A stretch of DNA of 32,000 nt, taken from NCBI GenBank assembly GCA_942493105.1, contig OW818668.1, positions 990,001 to 1,022,000 of the forward strand. Direction: 5' to 3'. How positions within the stretch are numbered: the stretch's first letter is position 1; every line of letters starts with the position of its first letter. Shown in pieces: positions 24,327 to 32,000 of the stretch. The notes below the pieces were generated by a model. That model worked only from the letters and a program-made list of their open reading frames with translations, did not search any database and was not told the origin of the DNA. Source of the stretch: an uncultured Erysipelotrichaceae bacterium (GTDB lineage Bacteria; Bacillota_I; Bacilli_A; Erysipelotrichales; Erysipelotrichaceae). Both the position numbers and the translations under genes were made by a program.

Positions 24327-24986
24327 TTATAATTTAGCGATCAGGATACGTTCTACAGCGTTAGCGACATCTTCCAAGCGATCACATACATCTTCTAGTC
24401 TAGAGTAAATTTCTTTCTTTTGGATGATGCGTTTCGCATCAGTTTCGGTGGTAAATAGATGGCGCATACTATCCATGTAGATTCGGTCCGCATCTTCTTC
24501 CAAAGCATTGATGTCTTTGATGACAGAATACATCTTAGCTAAATCCATCTTTTTAAAACGTCTTAGATTCTTCATAAGTTCTAGTGCCAGATTGGCTTGC
24601 AGAACTAGGATATCGATGAATTTATTGTAGTAAATGTCAGGTTCTTTGATGTTGATCATATAAATATGGGCTGAAACATAATCGATATGATCAGTGACAT
24701 TTTCAATGGCTTTTAAGATATCAACCAAATCGGATTGATCGATCGGTGTAATAAAAGCTTCTTCGATGATCTGCAGAGATCTATGAACATGATGATCACC
24801 TTCATGTTCGATTTCTTTGATCTTATCTTGCTCTTCACGACTGATGATGCCATCTTTAAAGCCTGTCTTTAAAGCATTGGCTGCTTTTAAGGCAATCTCA
24901 GCTCCTTGGGTACACATTTCAAAGTAATCGACATTGGAAGGGATAAAGATGTTTTTGATGGTAGTAAAGATATTGGTTTTACTCAT
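24327..24986 (-). CDS. DUF47 / PhoU-like phosphate-transport accessory protein (YkaA-type)
   Basis: I prefer the ATG at 24986, after TAGGAGGAAAC; the tracked extension overlaps the pit gene. The protein is a helical repeat protein with paired 'E..D...D'-type motifs and lies immediately downstream of a PiT transporter. Confidence 0.7.
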   Translation of the reverse strand: MSKTNIFTTIKNIFIPSNVDYFEMCTQGAEIALKAANALKTGFKDGIISREEQDKIKEIEHEGDHHVHRSLQIIEEAFITPIDQSDLVDILKAIENVTDHIDYVSAHIYMINIKEPDIYYNKFIDILVLQANLALELMKNLRRFKKMDLAKMYSVIKDINALEEDADRIYMDSMRHLFTTETDAKRIIQKKEIYSRLEDVCDRLEDVANAVERILIAKL

Positions 24987-24994
24987 GTTTCCTC

Positions 24995-25999
24995 CTAGAG
25001 AATGATCGCCCGAAGTGCGGTCGCAAATAAATAACCAAGCAGCATACAAACCGGAAAGGTCAAGATCCAAGCAGCAACCATTTCTTTAGCAATGCCCCAA
25101 TTGACTTTGGTGATGCCTTTGAAGGCACCGGCACCCATCATCGCAGTTGCTTTCGTATTGGTAGTACTGAGCGGAATACCATAATTGGTGGCTAAGAGCA
25201 TACTGAATGAAGCTACGATTTCAGCAGTAAAGCCTTGGTATTTCTCAAGATGGACCATATCAAGCCCCATGGTTTTGATGATACGGTAACCTCCAATGGA
25301 AGTCCCAATCGCCATGATCGTCGATGTCAAGATCATCATCCATAAAGGAATGACCATGATGCCTGTATTCACTGGCAATAAACCGCCAACGATCATTGCC
25401 AAGACCATAACACCCATAAATTTTTGTCCGTCTTGAGCTCCATGAGTATAAGCCATCAGCATCGCACTGACGACTTGTCCTCGAGCAAAGAAGGTATTTG
25501 CTTTCTTGCGTTTGACTTTCGCAAACAGAAACGCAACCAGTTTTGTGACATAATAACCAGCCAATAATCCAACGACTGAAGAGATAAATAAGCCCCACAT
25601 GACTTTCTGGATCGGTCCCCAGTTAAAGGCCGCAAAGCCATTGAGTGACATGCCTGCCCCCATCAGTCCCGCAATCAACGCATGACTTTCAGAAGTAGGG
25701 ATACCAAATCGCCAAGCAGATACTGACCATAATACGATCGATAATTGAGCTGCAGCCAAAGTAACCAAACCACTGATTCCAGAATCTATAGATACGATCG
25801 AAGCCGTGGTCATCGCAACAGCAGATCCGGTCAATAAAACGCCCAAGAAATTAAAGATGGCTCCCATCGTTAAAGCGGCTTTTGGACTCATGACTCGTGT
25901 TGAGATGACAGTCGCGATCGCATTTGGGGCATCTGTCCATCCATTGACGAATATGGAGCAACAAATCAAAAATAAAGTAAAACCGAGGATAATATTCAT
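24995..25999 (-). CDS. PiT-family inorganic phosphate transporter
   Basis: The signature is 'VNGWTDAPNAIATVISTRV', with a second repeat 'THGAQDGQKFMGV'. I prefer the ATG at 25999, 10 nt after AAGGAG; the tracked ATG at 26008 is only 1 nt from the SD. Confidence 0.85.
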   Translation of the reverse strand: MNIILGFTLFLICCSIFVNGWTDAPNAIATVISTRVMSPKAALTMGAIFNFLGVLLTGSAVAMTTASIVSIDSGISGLVTLAAAQLSIVLWSVSAWRFGIPTSESHALIAGLMGAGMSLNGFAAFNWGPIQKVMWGLFISSVVGLLAGYYVTKLVAFLFAKVKRKKANTFFARGQVVSAMLMAYTHGAQDGQKFMGVMVLAMIVGGLLPVNTGIMVIPLWMMILTSTIMAIGTSIGGYRIIKTMGLDMVHLEKYQGFTAEIVASFSMLLATNYGIPLSTTNTKATAMMGAGAFKGITKVNWGIAKEMVAAWILTFPVCMLLGYLFATALRAIIL

Positions 26000-26033
26000 T
26001 GAGATCATTCTCCTTAGGGAACTGGTTTAATAC

Positions 26034-27221
26034 TTAAGGTTCTAAGAATTCTTTTCTGACCTGTTTAAAGGCCTCCACGGCTTTCAATAATTGTTTTTGT
26101 GTATGTGCAGCACTGACCATGACCCTTAAGCGAGCTTTACCTTTTGGGACCGTCGGGAATACGATGGGTGAAACATAAACTCCCAGTTCATATAAACGCT
26201 GAGATGTTTTGACACACAGAGCTTCATCAAACAACATTACCGGTGTGATCGGGGATTCACTATGTCCGATATCGAAACCTGCTTCTTTCATACGTGACTT
26301 AAAGAAGTCACTGTTGGTCCATAATGCATAGGTATACTCATCTGTTTCAGACATCATCTTAACACCTTCTAAAAGAGCTCCAATGACGGCAGGAGGAAGA
26401 TTGGTCGAGAAGAGAAGGGGCCTTGCTCGTAAAGAGAGCCATTCTTTCATGACTTTCTTGCCGGCCACATAACCACCCATAGCTCCAAAAGCTTTCGATA
26501 AAGTCCCAATCGTAAAATCAATGCGTCCATGAAGATGGAAATAATCAACCGTGCCTCTTCCGTTTTCACCCAAGACACCTGATCCATGAGCATCATCGAC
26601 ATAGGTCAAACACTGATATGTTTCAGCCAACTCTACGATTTGTGGTAACTTGGCTAAATCACCATCCATGGAGAAGACCCCATCGGTAATGATCAAGACA
26701 TTTTGATACTGAGCTCTTTTTTCAACCAAGATCCGTTTAAGATCTTCCATATCACTATGTTTATAAATGGCTTTATCAGCCTTGGATAATTTGACCCCAT
26801 CGATGATAGAGGCATGATTCAGTTCATCTGAGATGATCAAATCTCCCACATCGGTAATGGCTTGTATAACGCCCGCATTACAGTTGAACCCTGATTGAAA
26901 GACAAGGACTGCTTCTTCTTTTTTAAAGACAGCCAAGGCTTTTTCTAACTCTTCATGCAAAGACATATTGCCTAGGATGGTTTTTACAGCACCTGCACCA
27001 ATTCCGTATTGTTCAACGGCTTCAATGGCAGCTTTTTTTAAACGCGGATGATTCGCAAACCCTAGGTAATTATTAGAAGTCAAGTTGATGACTTCATGAC
27101 CATTGACGATAACGACTGCCTCATTGGCAGTTTCAAGGATCGGTAAGACTCTAAATACCCCATCCGCTTTAAGTTGTTCAACTTTCTTTTTTAAGAAATC
27201 CAGTTCATGAATTTGACTCAT
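26034..27221 (-). CDS. kbl: 2-amino-3-ketobutyrate CoA ligase (glycine C-acetyltransferase)
   Basis: It belongs to the PLP alpha-oxoamine synthase family ('[12 protein letters not shown]', 'DDAHGSG', 'GTLSKAFG' with the PLP Lys). I prefer the ATG at 27221, after GAAGGAGAACT. It lies directly downstream of tdh. Confidence 0.85.
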   Translation of the reverse strand: MSQIHELDFLKKKVEQLKADGVFRVLPILETANEAVVIVNGHEVINLTSNNYLGFANHPRLKKAAIEAVEQYGIGAGAVKTILGNMSLHEELEKALAVFKKEEAVLVFQSGFNCNAGVIQAITDVGDLIISDELNHASIIDGVKLSKADKAIYKHSDMEDLKRILVEKRAQYQNVLIITDGVFSMDGDLAKLPQIVELAETYQCLTYVDDAHGSGVLGENGRGTVDYFHLHGRIDFTIGTLSKAFGAMGGYVAGKKVMKEWLSLRARPLLFSTNLPPAVIGALLEGVKMMSETDEYTYALWTNSDFFKSRMKEAGFDIGHSESPITPVMLFDEALCVKTSQRLYELGVYVSPIVFPTVPKGKARLRVMVSAAHTQKQLLKAVEAFKQVRKEFLEP

Positions 27222-28275
27222 AGTTCTCCTTCTCATTGACTCTTAAGACAATCTTTCCGCAATTGCCTTCATGCATCAGTTTAAAAGCAGTTTCATAGTC
27301 TTCGAAAGGTAAGATATGGGTAACGATCTTATCGAGATCTAACAGATTATTATCGATGAGTTCTTTGCCTTGTTGCCAAGTCTGCATGATCCTTCTTCCA
27401 GTGATCCCATGAATGGTGATGCCCTTAAAGACGATCTCATTGGCGACATCGATCATCATAGGATTATCAGGTAAACCTAGGATGGATAAACGTCCCCCTT
27501 TCTTGATGTAGGTAAAGGCTTGATGCAAGGCTTTGGCAGAACCGCTCATTTCACATACGACATCGACTCCATAGCCTCCTGTCGCATCCAAAATAACTTG
27601 AGTCACATCATCTTTAAATGAATTCAAGGCAATCTTAGCTCCTAATGTTTTTGATAGATCTAAGCGATAATCATTGATATCGACAGCGATGATCAGTTTA
27701 GCACCTAAAGCTTTGGCGACATTCACAGCCATCAGTCCAATCGGACCGACCCCTACGATCGCCACTGTTTTATCTTTGATTTCACCGCTGGTCACTGTAT
27801 GGATCGCATTGCCTAAAGGTTCTTGGATACACAACATGGCTGGATCGATCTTAGGATCATTCAACCAGGCATTTTTAGCAGGAATCGCGATGTATTCAGC
27901 GAAAGCACCATCTCGATCAACGCCTAAGATTTCAGTGTTTTGACAAATATGACCTTGACCTTTTAAACAAAATTCACAGGTACCACATACGATATGAGTC
28001 TCGGCTGATACGATATCGCCCAATTTAAGGTTAGAAACATCTTTCCCTAACTCAACGATTTCGCCAGCTAATTCATGACCCATGACTTGTGGTAACTTGA
28101 TTCTGGATTGTGCCCAAGGATTATAATCGTAGATATGGACATCTGTTCCGCAGACCGAAGTCGCCAATACTTTAACTAAGATTTCATCATTTTTGATCTT
28201 AGGGATCGGTTTCTCGATGAGGCTTGCCCCAAGGGTTGGATCAATCTTACTGATGGTTTTCATTGTGGTTTTCAT
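27205..28275 (-). CDS. tdh: L-threonine 3-dehydrogenase (Zn-dependent MDR family)
   Basis: Supporting motifs are '[10 protein letters not shown]', '[12 protein letters not shown]', the structural-Zn Cys cluster '[15 protein letters not shown]' and 'GVGPIGL'. It overlaps kbl by 17 nt. Confidence 0.85.
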   Translation of the reverse strand: MKTTMKTISKIDPTLGASLIEKPIPKIKNDEILVKVLATSVCGTDVHIYDYNPWAQSRIKLPQVMGHELAGEIVELGKDVSNLKLGDIVSAETHIVCGTCEFCLKGQGHICQNTEILGVDRDGAFAEYIAIPAKNAWLNDPKIDPAMLCIQEPLGNAIHTVTSGEIKDKTVAIVGVGPIGLMAVNVAKALGAKLIIAVDINDYRLDLSKTLGAKIALNSFKDDVTQVILDATGGYGVDVVCEMSGSAKALHQAFTYIKKGGRLSILGLPDNPMMIDVANEIVFKGITIHGITGRRIMQTWQQGKELIDNNLLDLDKIVTHILPFEDYETAFKLMHEGNCGKIVLRVNEKENYESNS

Positions 28276-28462
28276 AAGGTAACCTCACTAGTTTTATTGT
28301 ATCATAACCCAGTCTTGATAAGACCTTTCTCTGTGATTCAAACATGAAATTTCACACACAAACAGAGGTTAGTGTCTGTCTGTGTGGACAAGTGAACTTG
28401 TAAAAATGCATGTGTTCATCATCATTTCTAAAAAGGTTTATAATGAAGTTAAGGAGCAGGGT

Positions 28463-28951
28463 ATGAAACTATACATCAAGCAAAAAGTATTCTCATGGAA
28501 AGACAAGTTCTTTGTAAAGAGTGAAGATAATAGTGATAAGTATACAGTAGAAGGAGAATTCTTCTCGATCGGAAAGAAACTGCACATCAAAGATTTGAAT
28601 GGAAATGAAGTCGCGACGATTCATCAGAAAGTCATGAGCTTGATGCCTCGGTATTTTGTTTACCAAGGCGATCAAGAAGTGGCTGAGATCGTCAAGAAGT
28701 TTACTTTCATCAAGCAGGCTTATGTTGTCAATGGACCCAATTGGAAAGTAGAAGGCAACTTCAACGCACATATGTATCGTGTATTTGATGAAGACAATCC
28801 TATCGTCAACATCGAAAAAGCATTCTTTTCTTGGGGTGATTCATATGTCTTGGACATAGATTCCTCTGTGAATGAAGTATTGGCATTGGCGGTTGTTTTG
28901 GCCATCGATGCGGCCAATGAACAAGCCAACAGTTCTCATAATTCTCGTTAG
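28463..28951 (+). CDS. YxjI / LURP-one-related (DUF567, tubby-C-like) family protein
   Basis: I prefer the ATG at 28463, after AAGGAGCAGGGT. 'MKLYIKQKVFSWKDKFFVKSEDN..YTVEGEFFSIGKKLHIKDLNGNEVATIHQK' is typical of the family. Length is 162 aa. Confidence 0.7.
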   Translation: MKLYIKQKVFSWKDKFFVKSEDNSDKYTVEGEFFSIGKKLHIKDLNGNEVATIHQKVMSLMPRYFVYQGDQEVAEIVKKFTFIKQAYVVNGPNWKVEGNFNAHMYRVFDEDNPIVNIEKAFFSWGDSYVLDIDSSVNEVLALAVVLAIDAANEQANSSHNSR

Positions 28952-29011
28952 TGTTTGTGTTTCGCTTTTATTGGCCATCATTTGATTGATGGTCAAATTA
29001 AGGAGCAAAGT

Positions 29012-29320
29012 ATGAAAATATTACTTGTTTGTTCTGCAGGTATGACAACAAGTATCTTGGTCAATAATATGAAGCAGTATGCAGAACCAACCGATAAGAT
29101 CAGTGCTTATCCTTTATCATTTTTAATGGAGCATATTCAAGAATGTGATGTGATTTTAGTGGGGCCACAAGTCAAACATATGTTCAAAGAAATCGAAGAT
29201 AAGGCTATAGCACTAGGTAAAGGGATTGCCCTGATGGAACCAAGTGCCTTTGCGAAGGTTGATGGTGCCATCATATATCAGCAAGCCAAAGATGTGTATG
29301 ATGCATTGGTTAAATCCTAA
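29012..29320 (+). CDS. PTS lactose/cellobiose-family EIIB component (orphan)
   Basis: I prefer the ATG at 29012, after AAGGAGCAAAGT. 'MKILLVCSAGMTTSILV' carries the phospho-Cys. Length is 102 aa. No cognate IIC or IIA is present in the window. Confidence 0.8.
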   Translation: MKILLVCSAGMTTSILVNNMKQYAEPTDKISAYPLSFLMEHIQECDVILVGPQVKHMFKEIEDKAIALGKGIALMEPSAFAKVDGAIIYQQAKDVYDALVKS

Positions 29321-29340
29321 AGGTGCACTGCACCTTTTTT
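29319..29340 (+). terminator. Rho-independent terminator
   Basis: AAAGGTGC (29319-26) pairs with GCACCTTT (29330-37) across a 3-nt loop, followed by a T-run to 29340. Confidence 0.75.
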
Positions 29341-29383
29341 ATTGCTGGAACGAAAGCCTTTTCAATGTTAAAATTAAACTACC

Positions 29384-30856
29384 ATGAAAAAAATGATTCC
29401 TACCTTGATTGTGTTAATGGCCATCAGCGCCTGTGTAAAACCAGAACCAGAACCTGAGCCTAAACCAGATGTTTATAAAGTCATTGGTTCACCCAAAGTC
29501 TTTTTGACGACGGTCGATCAAGCATATCTCTATACTGAAATTGAAAATGGGGCCACTGTATATCAAAAAGCCGATGCTCCTAAATCAGGCTTCGATGTCA
29601 TCATCGATCCCAATAAAACCTATCAAAATATTCTAGGCGTAGGAGCTTCTTTTACAGACTCATCTGCTTATTTGATCAATCAAGTTTTAAGTCAACAAGA
29701 CAGAGATGATTTGATGGAGAAACTGTTTAGTAAAGACAAAGGCATTGGAATTTCATTTATCCGTAATCCGATGGGTTCTTCAGATTATTCAAGAACCTTT
29801 TATACGTATAATGATCAAGCCAAAGGCGCTACAGATGAAGATCTCAGTGATTTTAGCATCGCTCATGATCTGCAAGACATCATTCCTTTAGTCAATCAAG
29901 CTTTACTTTTGAATCCTGATCTTAAAGTCATGATGAGTCCTTGGAGTGCACCAGGATGGATGAAAACCTCAGACAATATGATTGGAGGCAGTTTAAAAAG
30001 CACATATTTTGATATCTATGCCCAGTATTTCGTAAAGACCATCAAAGCGTATCAAGCTCAAGGCATCGATCTATTTGCGGTCACTGTTCAAAACGAACCT
30101 TTATATGTACCCAATCATTACCCAGGAATGAGTGTGTCGCCAACCCAACAAGCAGATTTCATCAAATCTGCACTCAAGCCTGCTTTTAATCAAGCGGGAA
30201 TCAAAACATTGATTTTAGCCTATGATCATAATTGGGATCGTAAAGATTATCCCTTGGAAGTGTTAAAGAAAGCAGAAGATGAAGTTGATGGGGTAGCTTG
30301 GCATGTTTATGGGGGCAGCGTGTTGGCACAGTCCGAAGTTTATCGTGAATATCCAGAAAAAGATGTATATTTTACAGAAGCCTCTGGTGGAGAATGGATC
30401 CCGCCTTTTGAGCAAGCTTTCTTATCACAAATCAAAACAGGGATCGATGTGTTTAGAAACTATTCCAGAACCTATGTGTTGTGGAATATGGCACTTGATG
30501 AGAACAATGGACCTGTCGTTCCTGGTTTTGGGAATTCAACATGCCGCGGTGTTGTGACCATTAATCAACAAACCAAGGCTTTAACCTATAATCTGGATTA
30601 TTATACGTTGGCTCATTTTAGCGATCATCTTCAAAAAGATGCGGTACGGATCGACTCCACCAAAGGTGAAGGAAACTTTAGCTCTGTTGCGTTTCTGAAC
30701 CCAGATAAGAGCATCACCGTCGTTCTTTATAACATCAAATCGACCCGCAGAAATGCGTTGGTTCATCTAGGTAATCAAGTCATCGTCATCGACATGCCTG
30801 AAAAAGCAGTCGCGACACTTACTTTTCAAACCGAAATCGTAAAAAGTGGAACTTAG
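29384..30856 (+). CDS. Glycoside hydrolase family 30 lipoprotein (glucosylceramidase / beta-1,6-glucanase / xylanase family)
   Basis: The signal peptide carries the lipobox 'AISAC' (Cys17, nt 29432-29434), followed by a 'PEPEPEPKPD' linker. 'GVGASFTDSSAY', 'VTVQNEP' (acid/base Glu) and 'VYFTEASGGEW' (nucleophile Glu) appear in GH30 order. Confidence 0.8.
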   Translation: MKKMIPTLIVLMAISACVKPEPEPEPKPDVYKVIGSPKVFLTTVDQAYLYTEIENGATVYQKADAPKSGFDVIIDPNKTYQNILGVGASFTDSSAYLINQVLSQQDRDDLMEKLFSKDKGIGISFIRNPMGSSDYSRTFYTYNDQAKGATDEDLSDFSIAHDLQDIIPLVNQALLLNPDLKVMMSPWSAPGWMKTSDNMIGGSLKSTYFDIYAQYFVKTIKAYQAQGIDLFAVTVQNEPLYVPNHYPGMSVSPTQQADFIKSALKPAFNQAGIKTLILAYDHNWDRKDYPLEVLKKAEDEVDGVAWHVYGGSVLAQSEVYREYPEKDVYFTEASGGEWIPPFEQAFLSQIKTGIDVFRNYSRTYVLWNMALDENNGPVVPGFGNSTCRGVVTINQQTKALTYNLDYYTLAHFSDHLQKDAVRIDSTKGEGNFSSVAFLNPDKSITVVLYNIKSTRRNALVHLGNQVIVIDMPEKAVATLTFQTEIVKSGT

Positions 30857-30882
30857 ATGCTAAAATAAGAAAGTCATAAAGG

Positions 30883-31560
30883 ATGTTTAAGAAAAATATG
30901 AATAAAAAAATCATCGATTTTTGTTGGTTATGTATGGGTGTCACACTGATCTCTTTTGGGATCGCTTTGATGAACAAATCAGGATTAGGACAAACCGCTT
31001 ACTCTGGTTTAGCCAATGTTGTTGGTCAAATCTTCACCATCAAAAACGGAACGGTCCTGATCTACTTTAATATCGCTTTTGTGTTAGGGCAGATCATCTT
31101 GCTTAGGAAGGGTTTTAAAGCACTCCAGTTGCTTCAAGTCGTGGTGTCTTACCTCAATGGGATCATGGTCAATTTCTGGATCTATGACTTCGCATTGACC
31201 TCTGGACTCATTCCTCAGAACTATTTAATGCAATGGGTCTTTTCGATTTTAGGTAACTTATTTATTTCATTTGGGGTAGGGATCGTAATGGCCAGTGCCA
31301 TTATTAAAATGCCGGTAGAAGCATTCGTTGAGATCTTGGCCATTAAGATCAAACAACCTTTTGCGAAACTAAGGACCTTATTGGATATGCTATGTATCAT
31401 CATCGGTGTTGGTTTGATTCTAATGGCACACCTTGATTTCTCTTCTTTACGTGAAGGGACATGGGTATCGATGATACTTCTGGGAAGTTCCATGGGCTTG
31501 ACCTTTCCTTGGGCGAAAAGATTGGTCCTTAAATTTAATATAAAGAAAGAAGAAGTGTAA
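30883..31560 (+). CDS. Polytopic membrane protein, YczE-like (DUF6198-type), function unknown
   Basis: The 225-aa protein has about six hydrophobic helices. 'GVTLISFGIALMNKSGLGQTAYSGLANVV' resembles the YczE-type N-terminal repeat. The start codon is uncertain (alternative ATG at 30898). Confidence 0.5.
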   Translation: MFKKNMNKKIIDFCWLCMGVTLISFGIALMNKSGLGQTAYSGLANVVGQIFTIKNGTVLIYFNIAFVLGQIILLRKGFKALQLLQVVVSYLNGIMVNFWIYDFALTSGLIPQNYLMQWVFSILGNLFISFGVGIVMASAIIKMPVEAFVEILAIKIKQPFAKLRTLLDMLCIIIGVGLILMAHLDFSSLREGTWVSMILLGSSMGLTFPWAKRLVLKFNIKKEEV

Positions 31561-31561
31561 C

Positions 31562-32000
31562 ATGACAACTATAAAAGACTTATCTAAACGTAAAATCCAA
31601 GCCCAGTTCATGATGATTTTCTTATTTGCCTATGCTGCTTTTGCGGTCAGTAATACACAGATTTTACCCTTTATGACCCAAATAGGGTATACCCCAAGTC
31701 AAAGAGGTTTGATCCTATCAGGTTCAGCTTTAGTGGCCATGATCGGTCAGTTTCTTTTTGGATACCTGTGTGATAAATATAAGACAGTCAAGAAGATGTT
31801 TTATCTGTCAACGATCATCTTTATCGGTTTGGTCTATTGGGCTTATTCTGTCACTCAAGTTGCTTTTTTCTTTCATTTGATTTCAATATCACTCATGTCA
31901 GGATTCTTTAGGATCTTGTTTGGACTCTTGGATTCTTGGACCATAGAAAGAGATCCCATCTTAAGAAAAAACTTCGGAGTCATTCGAGCTTTTGGATCCA
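31562..32000 (+). CDS. MFS transporter, 5' portion (runs off the right edge of the window)
   Basis: It is absent from the ORF track because it has no stop. My own translation from the ATG at 31562 is open to nt 32000: MTTIKDLSKRKIQAQFMMIFLFAYAAFAVSNTQILPFMTQIGYTPSQRGLILSGSALVAMIGQFLFGYLCDKY... This shows alternating helices and an MFS loop-2/3-like 'G...D+' motif. Confidence 0.65.
   Translation, partial: MTTIKDLSKRKIQAQFMMIFLFAYAAFAVSNTQILPFMTQIGYTPSQRGLILSGSALVAMIGQFLFGYLCDKYKTVKKMFYLSTIIFIGLVYWAYSVTQVAFFFHLISISLMSGFFRILFGLLDSWTIERDPILRKNFGVIRAFGS

Noticed and set aside
29441-29470. A short CCAGAACC-type nucleotide periodicity, considered as a tandem repeat.
   Set aside because: It simply encodes the Pro-Glu/Pro-Lys linker (PEPEPEPKPD) after the lipoprotein Cys of the GH30 enzyme. 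It is a coding low-complexity tether, not a DNA-level repeat element or CRISPR-like array.
12616-30856. A possible glycosphingolipid pathway linking the ceramidase-fold protein (12616-13833) with the GH30 'glucosylceramidase-family' lipoprotein (29384-30856).
   Set aside because: The two genes are about 15 kb apart, in different transcription units and in regions of different composition. GH30 members act on many beta-glycans. The ceramidase-fold protein is cytoplasmic and PTS-coupled. The shared word 'ceramidase' reflects family naming, not evidence of a shared pathway.

Overview
The window looks like chromosomal DNA from a low-GC Gram-positive-type bacterium. It uses the standard genetic code (TGA is used as a stop), has AGGAGG-type ribosome-binding sites and many hairpin plus T-run terminators. 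I support 36 protein-coding genes. I found no rRNA, tRNA, CRISPR array, transposase or integrase.

Layout, left to right:
(1) 1-6625: the 3' part of a PRD-type PTS regulator, then a mannose-family PTS operon (EIIA, IIB, IIC, IID). A strong hairpin follows, then an unassignable membrane protein, a YdjC/ChbG-type deacetylase and NagA.
(2) 6701-9438: a HAD phosphatase, an MFS_3-type transporter and a monocistronic orphan gene.
(3) 9461-15225: a visibly AT-richer segment with a second, differently arranged mannose-family PTS locus. Its order is PfkB kinase, IIB, IIC, IID, then a neutral-ceramidase-fold hydrolase translationally coupled to IID, a terminator, and EIIA plus a DeoR regulator.
(4) 15226-17258: ndk, two small membrane proteins and a solitary ispD/tarI-type cytidylyltransferase.
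(5) 17287-28275, minus strand: a SAF-domain oxidoreductase, an 882-aa PAS(x4)-GGDEF-HD-GYP protein, an Fe-alcohol dehydrogenase, and a tightly packed tdh-kbl-pit-DUF47-AKR-SGNH string.
(6) 28463-32000: a YxjI/LURP-one-like protein, an orphan lactose/cellobiose-type EIIB, a GH30 lipoprotein, a YczE-like membrane protein and the 5' part of an MFS transporter.

The best candidate for an undescribed system is the second PTS locus. I know of no characterised Man-family regulon that pairs the permease with a short cytoplasmic ceramidase-fold Zn-hydrolase and a FruK/LacC-type kinase. All family assignments rest on motif recognition by eye, not on database searches.
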